This document shows positions 12,711 through 22,889 of a stretch of DNA of 64,000 nucleotides, in pieces. The notes beneath the pieces were generated by a model, which saw only the letters and a list, made by a program, of their open reading frames with translations, was not told where the DNA came from and searched no databases. The translations under genes were made by a program, and so were the position numbers. Numbering within the stretch: position 1 is the stretch's first letter; the number at the start of each line of letters is the position of its first letter. This DNA is from Tubulanus polymorphus (taxonomy: Eukaryota; Animalia; Nemertea), in assembly GCF_964204645.1 (NCBI RefSeq), contig NC_134033.1:3554131-3618130 (forward strand), in the 5' to 3' direction.

Positions 12711-15700
12711 ATGTTCGGTCTAAGCATAATCGTGTCGTCCGCTTTGCTTTGCGTGGGACATTCTCTGCCAATAGGTAAGATTTCTTATCAAAAATCTTTT
12801 TTATTTCCGATCGAAAATATTGCACATATTTTTCTTACAAAACATTATTCAATACGTTTTTCGGACCCGTTTGTTAGAGAACTTTTTACTTCGATATTAT
12901 CATAATTATATATTTTTCTACTTCGCTATTGTTATAATCAGACTCCTTTGTGTTCCTACAAATATAAAGAGCTTAACTACTAAAAGTTGAATTATTTGAA
13001 GGAACAGATTTCCAGGTCTCCTACAGGTTCCACTCTATATAGAACTATCAGTTATAACTTTGACGAAGCTATTTTCGGTCCTATTCGTGAAAAACGTTCG
13101 ACGTCGGAAATCCGGAACAGAGCGAAGAGAGTGATACTTAACTAACAGCTTGGAATACCCAAAACTGGACTAACTTTATTTTACACGAAAACTATTTAAT
13201 ATATACATTGAGATACGAGACAGGCGTTGACATGTAAAAAGATACAAAAACATAGGTGACGAGTAGTGACATGTCAGTGAGACAAACACAATTAACGCAT
13301 TAGACACAGATCAACTGTCTCAAGAAACAACGAGCTATTACACGTAGACATTTAAAGATTAAAGAAATATACAATATAGATTTTCAGATTACAGATTTTC
13401 TGGTCTCCAGAAGTTCGTCGTAACGAGGTTCCGCTCTATATAGAACTGTCGGTTTAAACAAACACACTTTCTGATACCAGAAGTTCGTTGTAACGAGGTT
13501 TCGCGGTATATAGGACTATCGGTTACAACGAATGGATTTTATTCTGATCCCCATCACAAGGGCCCACGGTCGCGCAGTTATGAGTCGAGCCCATCAAGTA
13601 GGCTTTAATATGTTCTTTATTGTATCATAATGTTTATCAAAAGTATCATAATATTGACTACTCTAAACCCAGGTTATAGTAGTCAGTATATTGGTTATAG
13701 AAGCAGCTAAATAAGATTGGACTGAATCGATTAAGAGTCCATAATTGGTTATATGAGTTTAAACTGGTCTTAAGTTGTTAAATTAGCTATCGAACCAAAA
13801 TGAGCTTAGACTGATCTGACGTTGTTGTTAGATTTCCATGGAATCAAAAAGAGTTGACACTGGGCCCAGTTTCACGAAAAAGTTAAAGCTTAAAACGGTT
13901 AAGTTTGAATTGTTGTCCTCATTGAAAACATGAAGTAACCAATAGCAATTACACCAAAAAATTGACTTAAACTCTTAAGTGAAACTGGGCCCAGGTCTTA
14001 AAATCGAAGCCATGACTGTGTAAGAGGCCGCTCTCTGATGAAGCTCATTGTTTAATAGATCACATCTCATCCACAGATACGGCATGCGCCTCAGGAGGCC
14101 GGCTGAAGTGGAACATCATCCCTGGTTTTGCTCTTGCCGGCTTCAACGATGACTATATCGGTCGAATGAGTGAACTCGAATGTCTGAAATCTTGCGCCAA
14201 TTTCACTAAATTCCTATGTCGTTCTGCCGACTACGACATGCGATATCGGGAATGTTGGATCCAATCAGAAAGTCGATTTACTTTTCCTGAGAAATACCAG
14301 AATTTCACCGGACTAAACATGATCGACTGGCAATGTGAAACGATCAACTCATTGTGTAAGTAAAGTGTGGGTCACGGATCACCCCTCCCAACAGGGATTC
14401 GAACCTGATGACAACCCTGCCATGCTTGATCGGGTGCGCAGGTACATGCGTAGGTTTGCCGCGAGGCACCAATCAGATTGCCCGTTGTGTAATCGCTGAG
14501 GCAAATCTCAGGGAAGAACTATAAATTGGAAAACCCGAGCTAAAATAAAATATGATTTCTGAGAAGCTTAACAGGAAATTATTAGATTTAATGCTTCTAT
14601 AACTTGTAATATAAATGAAGAAATCCCACACTTCGAATTAAATTATACCGATAGAATTTATTATTATGAAACCACAACGTTTCGGCTGTTGACTTACAGC
14701 CATCATCAGGTGGAATGACCAGAAAAACAAGTGACAAAGTACATGAACTCGCAGGAACGAAAATAGAAGCAACGTGTCAGAACTAAAGATGAACAAACCA
14801 AGCAATAAAAACATCAAGGGGTACCGTGGAAACCACAGCAATTCTAAACAGTTCACAGTAAATACAATTTATGTGACTAAGTGAAGTGGTCTGAAGAGGA
14901 TGGAGATAACAGAGTGACGCATAGTGACATTAACCAAAATCTAATTGAGAGTTGATGTGTCTAGATAATAACTGGTTATGTGGAGAAAAAAACCAGTATT
15001 TAAGTTAGTAGATAAATTGGATTTTGAAAGTTTGCATACCAAAAAGCCTGAGAGTGGGATAGTCTTTACAACCAATCACCAATTTGACAGAATTCGAAAC
15101 TTATTTATCCTTGCAAATACATTCATAAGAGACACATAGTAGAATCAGCCCTAATATGTAAAGTTTCAACTTTCCAATATATCTACTATAACTTGAATAC
15201 TGGTTTTTCTCCACATAACCAGTTATTATCTAGACAAATCAACGCTTTCTTAGATTTTGGTTAATGTCACTATGAGTCGCTTTGATATCTCCATCCTCTT
15301 CCAGTCCACTTCACGGAAGTTACATAAATTGTATTTACTGTGAACTGTTTAGAATTGCTGTGGTTTCTACGGTACCCGTTTTTATTGCTTGTTCGTCTTT
15401 AGCTCTGACACATTGCTTCTATTTTCGATCCTGCGAGTTCATATACTTTGTCACTTGTTTTTCTGGTCATTCCACCTGACGATGGCTGTCAGTTAACAGC
15501 CGAAACGTTGTAATTTCAAAATAATAAATTCTATCAGTACAATACAATTCGATGTGTGGGATTTCTTCATTTATCTACAGTGTACACGGATCACGACTAA
15601 CTTGTAATATATCCACTAGACTCTCTATTCGCCATCTTTGATTAAGCCACACGTGCCGTAATATTAAAGAGATATGAAATTCTTTTGTCCAGTTAAAAAA

Positions 15701-17233
15701 TCTTGTAACGATTAAGAGAAATGACCGTGAAGTGTCCAATTACGCGCACTCCCCGGGGATCGAACCCGGGTCTCGTACGCGCAGAAAGACCACTACATCT
15801 AGTCCGCTTGGCCAGTGGTTATACAGCTTGCCATTAATGCGTAACTATTTCACGTCGTTTAATGGATTTTTTCACGTTTAATTACATTAAGAACTCTACT
15901 TAATTATTCAGAAAAAATAAAAGGCTAATCCGTTCAGAAGGTACAACCACTTAGACAGAAATAGACGCGCTCGCGGTCTTTGAAGTGATTGCATTAAAAA
16001 TGTGGCTTTTTCTATACAAGGACATCTTACGGGGGCACGGATCGTGATTATACCGGTTTATCGGGGGCTATTGTCATCAGTTACAAGGCAAAATAAAAAT
16101 GATCCGTTTTCAGAAAAAAAAACCCTGGCCGCGGTTTTATCGACCGGTACGTGTTACCTTTACTTAACCCGGGGGCTAACTAAATTGAAATAAGTTAGCC
16201 CCGGGTAAAAGGTAATACCAGTCTGTAAAATTAGCCCCTAGTGTTAACTGGGGCCGGGAGGATGGCGGTATATCGGGGTTTGGTTGTATTTTCTGAGATA
16301 CTCCATTGAGACTTAGATTGGCTATAGAACTAAAATGGTCGACGGGAGGCGGATCCAGGAGGATTTGTGAGACGTTTACCAGTCCATGAAATGTTTTTTG
16401 AGTGCCCATTTTCAATTTGTCAATAAGTTTTTGGAAGTCAAAGTGTTTTTTTGGGTGTGACAAGTTCTTAAATATTGGCCTCTAGATCCACCCCTGCACC
16501 TAAGTGCACAGTAGTGACCAGGGGCCAGTTGCACAGTCGGGACTTATATCCAAAAATGGCCTTAACTCTTAAGACTGGTCTCAGGTTGTTAGATTGGCTA
16601 TAGAACTAAGTTGGTCTAAGACTGGTCCTAAGTCTAAGCCATGACTATGGAACCGGCCCCTGAGTCCAAAAGTGGTCTTAAATCATAAGACTGGTCTTAA
16701 GTTGTTATATTGACTATGGAACTTTGGTCTTAGACCGGTCTCAGTTCTAAGCCATGTGCAACCGGCCCCTGGTGTAAGACTGACTCAAGGGGTCGGTTGC
16801 ATAGTCATGGCTTATACTTAAAACCAGTCTAAGACCAACTTAGTTCTATAGCCAATCTAACAAGTTAAGACCAGTCTTAAGATTTAAGACCATATTTGGA
16901 CTTAAGTCTATGGAACCGGCCCCAGGGCCTTAAACAGCCTCAAAAATATAGAAATTCTTTTTTCCATTTTCTGTAGATTTCAACGAGCATCAAGTTAGGC
17001 AAATTCCATCGCCAGATGTCGCTGAAGTCGGGCCTATGACGTCAGGCACTGAATTAGAATGCGCGTTGGCGTGTCTGGCCAATCTGAGATGCGATCTGAT
17101 CGTCTTCAAACCGATATCGTCGGCTGCTGGGGGAAACTGTCGTCTGTACAACAGCATCATGATATCAGCTACAGAATGGCAGCCGGCAACAGACGAACTC
17201 GTCTTCAAGGACGAATCTAGAATCAACTTCTAA
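12711..17233 (+). CDS. Secreted protein with two PAN/apple-like domains (199 aa)
   Basis: Exons 12711-12774 (signal peptide), 14077-14355, 16977-17233; both introns phase 1 GTAAG..AG. Motifs ECLKSC..FLCRSADY..ECWIQSESR and ECALACLANLRC..NCRLY. Confidence 0.8.
13862..13992. mobile_element. Harbinger-like MITE (second family)
   Basis: TIR GGGCCCAGTTTCAC / GTGAAACTGGGCCC. Confidence 0.7.
14380..14550. repeat. Partial copy of the tRNA-like-armed repeat also at 24436 and 59257
   Basis: Shares CAGGGATTCGAACCTGATG..GGCACCAATCAGATTG..GGAAGAACTATAAA..ACCCGAGCTAAAAT. Confidence 0.8.
14672..14713 (-). ncRNA. Minimal type I hammerhead ribozyme motif
   Basis: CCAC-CTGATGA-TGGCTGT(aagtca)ACAGCC-GAAACGTT-GTGG: intact core boxes, stem II and stem I CCAC/GTGG. 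Confidence 0.75.
15472..15513 (+). ncRNA. Minimal type I hammerhead ribozyme motif (weakened stem I)
   Basis: CCAC-CTGACGA-TGGCTGT(cagtta)ACAGCC-GAAACGTT-GTAA. Confidence 0.7.
15745..15820 (-). repeat. tRNA-derived SINE head or tRNA pseudogene
   Basis: A-box-like TGGCCAAGCGG; B-box/T-arm CCGGGTTCGATCCCCGG; no clean anticodon arm. Confidence 0.55.
16522..16922. mobile_element. Cluster of three copies of the 138-bp Harbinger-type MITE
   Basis: Copies at about 16522-16659, 16663-16768 (partial) and 16788-16922 (opposite orientation); same internal sequence as 4919-5056. Confidence 0.85.
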
Positions 17234-18194
17234 ATAGGCAGCTTCTAAATCAGGGGAATACAGATTTATTTTTCTCTGTGTCGAAAATCAGGGAATGCTC
17301 TTTTAAAATCATATTTCAAATTAATCAGGGTAAAGTCTGGGAATTTGGTAAGAAGGTCTGATATTACAGGGAGCGGTCTCTTTTTGTTGTAATTTGTGTA
17401 GTGCATCACATATCAGTAAACATAATAAGTAATCACCGAATAAGTTAAAACTTAAACCCTACACATATGCATGTGTTTATTTTTATAATGGTTGGTCCTA
17501 TTTTTAATTGTGAAAATGCCAATGACCATAAAGAATTGATAGCCTTTAAATTGTTTACAACACGCTTTAAAAGATGGGATGATTGTAAATTTGGGAAATT
17601 AGTTCCTTGAATGTAATGAGTTTGCCATAGTCCTTCAATTAGTTGATATTGTAAGTTATACCCCAGGTAAATATTCCCTGTTAAAACCTACGAGGTATAA
17701 ATCGCTCCACCCCTTGGGAAAAGGTGAAATATCCGAATCGGATCAAACTCACAGTAATTAATACAAATGTGCACAAAAACAAAGAACACAATGGGGTACC
17801 CACAAAACCAGCTTTCCCGCCAGATGGCGTGACAAGCAGTCACACATTTAAACTGCACGGACGTACTTTCGGCGCGCTCCTGAGAATATCAATCGACGAG
17901 GTAAATTTTCAGATTCTAATTGAAAAAATCATAAAACAAGGAAACTTTCTAACCTTGTGATAATATACTGAGATATAATATAGTTATAACTGTTGTTCTG
18001 AGAATTTGCTACCGATCCGTCAGCTGATAACCGACACGACTTTTGAACACCGCGCGTAGCCACCGTAGATTACATTAATTGTGACTTAGCTCCAACCTTT
18101 GCCGCCAGATAAATTTCAAATACTTGAACATTCACATATTCCTTTCTTTTTTTACTTCCAAATACAAAATCCGTACCTGTGAGAACTGGAGAAA

Positions 18195-19028
18195 ATGGCT
18201 GGCAGGCAGAGCACTTCACCCCCGAGGAAACAACCTAAAACCAGTGGAACATCAAGAACGAATCAGAATCGGCAGCCGCAGCTAATACCAATCTCGGACA
18301 AGCAGCTACAACAAATTCTGGAACAGAAGATACCGACGGAGAAAACGGCATCGCGCGAGGACAGTGGAATATCAACGAAACTTGACGCGATTCTGTCTCA
18401 ACTCGGGAAATTAGAACTCTTAGACGATTTACAGAAAGATATGAGCGAAGTTAAGCAGTCGCTAGAGTTCTGCCACCAAGACGTTCTGCAATTGAAAAGC
18501 GAAAACACGGTGCTTAAGAATAGAGTGAAAGAACTAGAGCAAATCGTAGCGAACCAGGAGACCATCGTCAAATCAGACCACGAACTCTTGCTCGACCAGC
18601 AATGGCGCAGTATGCGGGATAATTTGATTTTTTACGGCGTTGGAGAATCCGATGGTGAAGATACAGAAAATATGGTGCGAGAATTCTGTATTCACGATCT
18701 AAAGCTAGCAAAAGAATCTGTCGAGGCTATCGAGTTTGCGCGTGTCCACCGTTTAGGAAAAAGAAAGAGCGATCAAAAAAAACCGCGTGCGATAGTGGCG
18801 AAGTTCGAACATTTTAAGGACAGAGAATTAGTGCGCTCTGTCGCGAGGAATCTAGCCGGTACTTCGTTAGGCTTGAGCGAGCAAGTTCCAGAAGAGTGGG
18901 CCGCACGTAGACGCGACCTGTTACCGGAACTGAGGGCTGCGAAAGCCAGCGGAAAACACGCGTTTTTCGCCAGGGACAAACTTGTTATCCGAGATCGCCG
19001 GGAACGTGCTGCCATGGATAGCAGCTAG
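18195..19028 (+). CDS. LINE ORF1 (coiled coil + L1-ORF1/Transposase_22-like RRM)
   Basis: Heptad-rich region, then RSMRDNLIFYGVGE..IEFARVHRLG..PRAIVAKF..RR.L.P.LR.AK..GK.A.F..DKL.I. Confidence 0.9.
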   Translation: MAGRQSTSPPRKQPKTSGTSRTNQNRQPQLIPISDKQLQQILEQKIPTEKTASREDSGISTKLDAILSQLGKLELLDDLQKDMSEVKQSLEFCHQDVLQLKSENTVLKNRVKELEQIVANQETIVKSDHELLLDQQWRSMRDNLIFYGVGESDGEDTENMVREFCIHDLKLAKESVEAIEFARVHRLGKRKSDQKKPRAIVAKFEHFKDRELVRSVARNLAGTSLGLSEQVPEEWAARRRDLLPELRAAKASGKHAFFARDKLVIRDRRERAAMDSS

Positions 19029-19073
19029 GATGCAGCGGAGGGTTTTATACGTGTTGAGTATATCGATCGGACG

Positions 19074-22000
19074 GTGATTTTTGCGAAGGGTCGATGCTAT
19101 GCGCTAGACTTTGTGAATAGTTTTGCTCTTTTTGGCAACAATCCTGATGTAAATAGCAAAAATGACGAGTTAAATAATGAAATAAGCGAGTCTGTTGTAA
19201 ATAATGGAAGAATAGAGTTTGATGTATATAATGAAAGGTGCAGTTTTGATGTAAATAACGAAAGAAGAGAGTTTGATGTAAATAATGAAATGAGCAGTTT
19301 TGATGTATATGATGGAGTAAATAAAAATGTTGTCCCTGTTGTAAATATAAAAAAAACTAATTTGGATACTGATAACCTTAATTTTAATGAAGACAATGAA
19401 GTAGGCGTAGGTGATGAACAGTCGATTAAAGATATTAAATTTGTAAGTCTCAATATTTGCGGTATTAATAGTAAACTCGGTGTCCCTGAATTTGATGATT
19501 TTATTAGTAGCTATGATTTTGTATGTTTAACTGAAACCCACCTCGACGATGTCGATGGAAATCTAACCAATGATTTACCCGGTTCGTATGTGTCACATTT
19601 TAAAAACAGGAAAATAATTTCGAAAAGGAGTTCAGGTGGAATCGGTATAATTTATAAGAGTTGTTTAGATAGTAAGATTGAACCATTATCAACTGATTGC
19701 CCTTTTGTATCCTGGTACTGCTTAGATAAAAGTTTGTTTAACTTCGACAAAAATGTACTCTTAGGTGTAGTTTATATTCCCCCTGAAACAAGTAAATATT
19801 ATTCGAATAGAGCAATTAATGAAATAGAGTTAGAATTATTACAGCTAAAGATTGAAAATGATTTTAATGTACTAATTACGGGTGACTTTAATGCTCACAC
19901 TTCGTGTATACCAGATTTTATAGAGCCTGATAATCAGATAATAGACGATAATTTACACCCCACTGTTGATTCACAGCTTTTATTTAGCTTAGACATTCCG
20001 ACTGTAAGAAATAATCAGGACAAAAGAACGAATAACACAGGCTATCAGTTAATTGATTTCTGTAAGAATCATTCATTAATTATACTCAATGGCAGATGTG
20101 GCGGGGACCAGTCTGGTGATTATACTTTTAAGGGAACTAGTGTTATTGATTACTTTGTATGCGATATTGACCTGTTTGAATATGTTTGCGACTTTCAGAT
20201 AATGCCTTTTGAACCGCTATTGTCTGATGGACATAACTCTCTTAGGCTTTGTTTAAGCAGAAATTCTAGGGACACTATTATTGCTGATAATGCTAACAAT
20301 GAGCAGGTAAATGGAAAGCCATCAATTAGATGGGACAATAGTAGATCAGATCAGTTTTTCGCGACAGTAGAATCAAGATTATATGACATTGGCCTCAATG
20401 ATTCACTTATGGATGGATTGCAGGACCCAGGTAGTCAGTCTCTAAACAAAGTAAACGAACTCACTGATAGATTTGTATCTTCCCTGGTGTTAAGTGCCGA
20501 AGAATGTAACTTGGTGCTCAATAGGAAAAATAGAAGACGTAGAAGCCCGGTTCATAACAAGTGGTTCAATCGTAGCTGTAGGGATGCGCGTAAAGATTAT
20601 AATTATAATAAAAACAGATATAGAGGCTGCCCCACCCCTTCTAACTTTGATGCTTTCAAGAACTCGTCAAAGAAATATAAAAAAATCATCCGGGAAAGTA
20701 AGAGAAAACAGAAGGAAACTTTTATTAAAGAACTACGAGATTGTGAAGTCAATAACCCGAAAAAGTATTGGGCTATGCTTAATTCTGCAACTTATGCAAA
20801 AACTAAGGACGCTAATATTGATATTGATATCTTTCTTGAACACTTTATGCAATTAAATGACTTAAATGGTGTAAACGAAGGGAACGATAATATTGAACAA
20901 CAGAATGATGATCCTCCTGTATATGACAACCATATTTTAAACTGCGACATAACAGCTGATGAAGTAATGAAAGCTATCTCATTGCTTAAGAACAATAAGG
21001 CACCTGGTATAGATGGAATCATTAATGAGTTATTAAAATTTAGTCGGTATCCGTGCTTAGTTAATATATTACGAAACCTGTTTAATTTAGTTCTTAAGAC
21101 TGGACATGTTCCGGAGACGTGGTCTATAGGGATAATTAAACCTGTTTTTAAAAAGAAAGGCGATCCCACTAATCCTGATAATTATAGAGGTATAACACTA
21201 GTTAGCTGTCTTGGTAAATTATTCACAAGTATCCTTAACCAAAGGCTGTCAACTTTTCTCGATTCAAACAATATAATTAGTGAAGCACAGGCCGGATTTA
21301 GACCAAAATATTCTACTACTGACCATATTTACGCGTTGAAAACAATCGTCGAATTGTACTTATGTCAAGGAAGAAGACTTTTTTGCGCCTTTGTAGATTT
21401 TAAGAAGGCTTTCGACTCGGTTTGCCGGGTTACATTATGGAGAAAATTGATAGAGAGTAGCATTACGGGGAATTTTTTGAACGTAGTTAAAAATATCTAT
21501 AATTCGGTGAAATCATGTGTTCAATTTAACGGAAACACATCACAGTATTTTGCTGCTGATAGAGGTTTAAGACAAGGTGAAAATTTATCACCTATCCTAT
21601 TTTCCTTATTCTTAAACGATATTGAAGACTTTTTTGCTACGCGCGGTAAACCAACTTTGTCGTATATTGAAAAGCTTAATGTGAATTGTGACCCAGAACT
21701 AGGGACTTTACTTAACTTATTCATTATCCTTTATGCGGATGACACAGTCATTCTTGCTGAAGATGAGGAATCTCTCCAGTCACATTTGGATACATTATTT
21801 GAATATTGCGCCGACAACGGCCTCACGGTGAATGTTGATAAAACTAAAATATTAGTCTTCGCTCGAAGTAAAAGTAGGATTAAGCGTATTTCGAAATTCA
21901 TGTTCGGTAATCAGGAGTTAGAGTTAGTTGAGGATTATGTGTATCTCGGAGTGAAATTCAATTGGAACGGTAGTTTCGCTAAAGCAAAAAAATTTCTCTA

Positions 22001-22889
22001 TGATAAAGCTATGAAAGCTATGTATTCTATTATTCAAAAGGGCAGACGTTTGAAACTTCCAGTAGATGTAATGTTTAAACTATTTGACATGTGCGTCGCT
22101 CCTATCGCGTTGTACGGTTGCGAAATCTGGGGATATGAAAACCTTGACTTATTAGAAAACCTCCACTGTTTATTTTGTAAAATTATCATGAAAGTTACAA
22201 AATATTCCCATAACCTTCAAGTATTAGCAGAGTTAGGACGTTATCCTATGTATATAAGCGTAAAGCGTAGAATGATTAATTTTTGGGTCAAAACGATAGA
22301 GTGCAAACAAAGTAAACTTAGTTCAATTCTCTATAAGATATCTTATAATTTATATCTGAATGATAGGTTTAAGAGCCCCTGGCTGTTATTTATTAAGAAG
22401 ACTTTTGATGACTGTGGCCTTTCGTATATATGGACACAACAATCTATGGTAAACTCTAGGACTTCTCCAAAACAATTACACCGTTTACTCCGTGATCAGC
22501 ATGTGCAAGAGACAGAATTTAGGCTAAATAATAACCCGTTATACATTAATTTTAGACAATATAAGAAGGATATCAAATTTGAAAACTATATAAATCGGCT
22601 TGATGACGACTTAGTGACCAGCTTATTCCAGTTCAGGATTGGTTCTTATCTCCTACCTGTAAATAAATTGTCAAATCTCCATCTACCGAGAACCGATAGA
22701 TTATGCCCCACCTGTAACGTTTTAGGCGACGAACTACATTTCATTTTTGACTGTAAATTACTTACCGTATTCCGTGAAAGCTACCTAAATTCAAATACCT
22801 TTCGGAATCTTGATGTTTTAAAAAATCCAACTTTTAAACTTGCTAAATTTATCAAATTAGGTCTGGATGTATATAGATCCCTCCGGTAG
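19074..22889 (+). CDS. LINE ORF2: AP endonuclease, reverse transcriptase, C-terminal Cys/His finger; start uncertain
   Basis: SLNICG, LTETH, GDFNAH, SVIDY, SDGH (APE); NYRGITL, FVDFKKAFDSV, GLRQGENLSP, LYADD, YLGV (RT); RLCPTC..DELHFIFDC. Confidence 0.97.
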   Translation: MIFAKGRCYALDFVNSFALFGNNPDVNSKNDELNNEISESVVNNGRIEFDVYNERCSFDVNNERREFDVNNEMSSFDVYDGVNKNVVPVVNIKKTNLDTDNLNFNEDNEVGVGDEQSIKDIKFVSLNICGINSKLGVPEFDDFISSYDFVCLTETHLDDVDGNLTNDLPGSYVSHFKNRKIISKRSSGGIGIIYKSCLDSKIEPLSTDCPFVSWYCLDKSLFNFDKNVLLGVVYIPPETSKYYSNRAINEIELELLQLKIENDFNVLITGDFNAHTSCIPDFIEPDNQIIDDNLHPTVDSQLLFSLDIPTVRNNQDKRTNNTGYQLIDFCKNHSLIILNGRCGGDQSGDYTFKGTSVIDYFVCDIDLFEYVCDFQIMPFEPLLSDGHNSLRLCLSRNSRDTIIADNANNEQVNGKPSIRWDNSRSDQFFATVESRLYDIGLNDSLMDGLQDPGSQSLNKVNELTDRFVSSLVLSAEECNLVLNRKNRRRRSPVHNKWFNRSCRDARKDYNYNKNRYRGCPTPSNFDAFKNSSKKYKKIIRESKRKQKETFIKELRDCEVNNPKKYWAMLNSATYAKTKDANIDIDIFLEHFMQLNDLNGVNEGNDNIEQQNDDPPVYDNHILNCDITADEVMKAISLLKNNKAPGIDGIINELLKFSRYPCLVNILRNLFNLVLKTGHVPETWSIGIIKPVFKKKGDPTNPDNYRGITLVSCLGKLFTSILNQRLSTFLDSNNIISEAQAGFRPKYSTTDHIYALKTIVELYLCQGRRLFCAFVDFKKAFDSVCRVTLWRKLIESSITGNFLNVVKNIYNSVKSCVQFNGNTSQYFAADRGLRQGENLSPILFSLFLNDIEDFFATRGKPTLSYIEKLNVNCDPELGTLLNLFIILYADDTVILAEDEESLQSHLDTLFEYCADNGLTVNVDKTKILVFARSKSRIKRISKFMFGNQELELVEDYVYLGVKFNWNGSFAKAKKFLYDKAMKAMYSIIQKGRRLKLPVDVMFKLFDMCVAPIALYGCEIWGYENLDLLENLHCLFCKIIMKVTKYSHNLQVLAELGRYPMYISVKRRMINFWVKTIECKQSKLSSILYKISYNLYLNDRFKSPWLLFIKKTFDDCGLSYIWTQQSMVNSRTSPKQLHRLLRDQHVQETEFRLNNNPLYINFRQYKKDIKFENYINRLDDDLVTSLFQFRIGSYLLPVNKLSNLHLPRTDRLCPTCNVLGDELHFIFDCKLLTVFRESYLNSNTFRNLDVLKNPTFKLAKFIKLGLDVYRSLR

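Larger units (their letters stand above)
14605..15580. mobile_element. Inverted pair of Penelope-like pseudo-LTR fragments (about 410-bp arms, about 150-bp spacer)
   Basis: 14605-15020 is the diverged reverse complement of 15174-15580; each arm holds a minimal hammerhead motif followed by AATAAA. Confidence 0.75.

Noticed and set aside
15745-15820. Functional tRNA gene (also 31305, 59520)
   Set aside because: A/B boxes and T-arm present but no complete cloverleaf; treated as SINE-type heads.
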